Source of the DNA: Ranitomeya imitator
Taxonomy: Eukaryota
Direction of reading: 5' to 3'
Assembly (NCBI RefSeq): GCF_032444005.1
Contig: NC_091291.1
Location: 138,012,001-138,076,000, forward strand
Length of the DNA stretch: 64,000 bases
Shown here: in pieces, positions 60,901 to 64,000 of the stretch
How the letters are laid out: every line of letters starts with the position of its first letter
Numbering within the stretch: position 1 is the first letter of the stretch
The notes under the pieces: generated by a model
Seen by the model: only the letters and a program-made list of their open reading frames with translations
Database searches by the model: none
What the model was told of the DNA's origin: nothing
Made by a program: the position numbers and the translations under genes

Positions 60901-62027
60901 AATTATTTGTTGAACAGAAGAATATACAATGTGGAGGAGAAGAAAATAAAGCAAAAATAAACCAGAGATGGAGGAGAAAAATCGCTAATATGAATGAGAC
61001 AAACGTACAGTGCAGAGGAGCGTGTAATGAAGATGAGTAGAACACAATGTATAAAAATAGAATGCAATATGAAGAATCACTACATTCATGTGAAAAGGCC
61101 CCATGCGAGTAATGTAGAGACGATATGAAGGAGCAGAGAATGCAGTGGAGAAGCAGAACTGAGACTGAGAGAGAAAATACGTAGCATAACATACGATCTC
61201 AAGACAAAGGATGAGCATTCAAGGAATTCAGCAGTATCATGTGAGGGAGCTTCTACCCAGAAGTTTCTGATAAATATCTGTATAGATACAAAACTTAGGT
61301 ATGAATGATTAAACCTTCAACTTATTTGTACAGTCCGATAGTCTGGAACGTTGATTTTTCTGAGTGTTTAGGATTCTACGTTGTCCCTTTGCTCGTTTTC
61401 TGTTCTTGGTCGGAGCAGTCGGGCAGCAGTAGGAACCTTCTGAAATCTGTTTGTTATATCCTGATAGGAAATGTCTTTATTCCACATCCTCGGGCGTTAT
61501 GTGTCAAAGGGAATTAATAATGAACAGAAGACAACTGTAAGATATTCCTCGAGGAGGTAAGATATTGAAGATACTCAACATACGAAGACAAGACCTTCCT
61601 GAGCTTCTATTCGGCCATGCAGCAATTTAGTATATTGAGCCCTGCAAAGGATATGGTGAAGAGGATCCACGGCTCAGATACGCAGAATTGGTGCATGTCC
61701 CGTTTGATGCATAATGTCATCATTGGACACATAGGTTGAGAAGGGTTAACAGGCTTGGAAATAACCCAAAAATTCTAAATTAGAAAAGTAAATGACCTGC
61801 AGATCCAGAAACACTAAAAGATCCCTTGTCCTCTAATAGATTGCATCACTCCATCATTGAGATTGAGATTATATAGGTCCGTCGTCAGGCTTCTTTTAGT
61901 GATATGTTCTACATTGAATGGATTTTATTAGTGTGAAAACCATTTTCTGATATGTCACCTCGATCCTGAGATATGAATGTTTGAAGTTACAGACCCATGG
62001 CCTGAGGCTGCACTACTGAGAGATGTT

Positions 62028-63098
62028 GGGTGGTTATAAATGGTATAGTCTCTAACTGGGTCGCTGTGACCAGTGGGGTACCGCAGGGGTCAGTATTGGG
62101 ACCTGTTCTCTTCAACATATTCATTAATGATCTGGTAGAAGGTTTACACAGTAAAATATCGATATTTGCAGATGATACAAAACTATGTAAAGCAGTTAAT
62201 ACAAGAGAAGATAGTATTCTGCTACAGATGGATCTGGATAAGTTGGAAACTTGGGCTGAAAGGTGGCAGATGAGGTTTAACAATGATAAATGTAAGGTTA
62301 TACACATGGGAAGAGGGAATCAATATCACCATTACACACTGAACGGGAAACCACTGGGTAAATCTGACAGGGAGAAGGACTTGGGGATCCTAGTTAATGA
62401 TAAACTTACCTGGAGCAGCCAGTGCCAGGCAGCAGCTGCCAAGGCAAACAGGATCATGGGGTGCATTAAAAGAGGTCTGGATACACATGATGAGAGCATT
62501 ATACTGCCTCTGTACAAATCCCTAGTTAGACCGCACATGGAGTACTGTGTCCAGTTTTGGGCACCGGTGCTCAGGGAGGATATAATGGAACTAGAGAGAG
62601 TACAAAGGAGGGCAACAAAATTAATAAAGGGGATGGGAGAACTACAATACCCAGATAGATTAGCGAAATTAGGATTATTTAGTCTAGAAAAAAGACGACT
62701 GAGGGGCGATCTAATAACCATGTATAAGTATATAAGGGGACAATACAAATATCTCGCTGAGGATCTGTTTATACCAAGGAAGGTGACTGGCACAAGGGGG
62801 CATTCTTTGCGTCTGGAGGAGAGAAGGTTTTTCCACCAACATAGAAGAGGATTCTTTACTGTTAGGGCAGTGAGAATCTGGAATTGCTTGCCTGAGGAGG
62901 TGGTGATGGCGAACTCAGTCGAGGGGTTCAAGAGAGGCCTGGATGTCTTCCTGGAGCAGAACAATATTGTATCATACAATTATTAGGTTCTGTAGAAGGA
63001 CGTAGATCTGGGTATTTATTATGATGGAATATAGGCTGAACTGGATGGACAAATGTCTTTTTTCGGCCTTACTAACTATGTTACTATGTTACTATGTT
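62028..63098 (+). mobile_element. CR1 LINE 3' fragment with an open RT C-terminus (62030-62986)
   Basis: GVPQGSVLGPVLFNIFINDL, FADDTKL; (ACTATGTT)n tail; near-identical to 48999-49724. Confidence 0.96.
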
Positions 63099-63144
63099 AA
63101 AGGCAACACATCTTCTGATTTTGACTCAGAAAGAGGGTAGGAAA

Positions 63145-64000
63145 GGTACAATGGCTGGATGTTCTAAGGAGCACAAATGTCCAAGAATGATGGGAGATAT
63201 TGCTAAATGAAATTCTCACTGTACAAGTGGTAATAATCCCAGAAAGAATTAAGAATTGGAAGCATTTCAATTGTCCAGGATGGATAAACACAGAACTTAA
63301 TCACTTGTTAAAAAGGAAAAAAAGAACTGTATATCAAATGAAAAGAAGGGGGCCATATCTAATGAAGAATATAATGCTGCAGGGCAAGCATTAGAAGAGC
63401 TAAAGCCAGTAATGAAGTGAGGCTTGCAAGGGAGACCAAAAGCAGTAAAAAACGATTTTGGGAGTATGTCAAAAGAAAAGTCAAAGATGCTATAGGATTT
63501 TTGCAGGATGAAAAGGGTGAAGTGGTTACAAATTATGTTAAGAACGCCGAACTTTTAAATTCCTGTTTTACATCTGTGTTCTCTAAGAAAACAAATATAA
63601 CATCAACTGAACTTCACTGTGCCATCGAAGGAATAAAAGAATCCACACTATGTATAAACAGAGTGATGGTGAGGGAACACTGAGCTAATTTACATGAATT
63701 TTAAATCTCCTGGTCCAGATAAATTACATCCTTGGGTACTGAATGAGTTAGCATAAGAAATTGGAGAACAGGAGAAGTCCCAGAAGATTGGAGTAGGGCA
63801 AATGTTGTCCCTATATTCAAAAAGGGGAAGAAGATGGAGCCAGAATAATACAGGCCAGTGAGCCTTACTTCTAAACCAGGGATAATCTGTGAACAAATTA
63901 TTAAACAGCATGTAAGTACTTGGATAAGAATACAGTAATTAACCAGGACATGGGTTGTAGCAAACAAGTCATGCCAGACTCATTCATCTAATTTACTTAT
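63145..64000 (+). mobile_element. Older, degraded CR1 ORF2 fragment running off the window end
   Basis: KRFWEYVK, AELLNSCFTSVF, KSPGPDKLHP, PEDWSRANVVPIFKKG and YRPVSLTS remnants with stops. Confidence 0.85.

Overview
This is eukaryotic, very likely anuran (frog), genomic DNA carrying the natriuretic peptide cluster. Three genes lie in tandem on the minus strand: a CNP3-type C-type natriuretic peptide gene (CDS 54022-55042), NPPB/BNP (32131-34591) and NPPA/ANP (20714-28119). The ORF track shows only parts of these genes; I rebuilt the exons by hand from signal peptides, GT-AG sites and the 17-residue CFG..DRI..GC ring. The rest is mostly mobile DNA and minisatellites. These include a decayed Tf1/sushi-type Gypsy element, solo LTRs (some nested), Penelope-like (RT + GIY-YIG) insertions with hammerhead motifs, a tRNA-derived SINE, CR1 fragments, Tc1 elements, MITEs and large tandem arrays of 25, 28, 40 and 51 bp. 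The best leads are: (1) a predicted ANP with a 9-residue C-terminal extension; (2) an NPPA intron-2 minisatellite that is a ~48-copy array of CTCF-consensus motifs, with oppositely oriented relatives upstream of NPPB; (3) an apparently intact type I hammerhead ribozyme at 59976-60019; (4) a self-priming PBS in the Gypsy element; (5) two Penelope-like insertions with the same divergent two-arm architecture and 15-bp TSD. All coordinates were read by eye, no database searches were run, and family names rest on recalled motifs.
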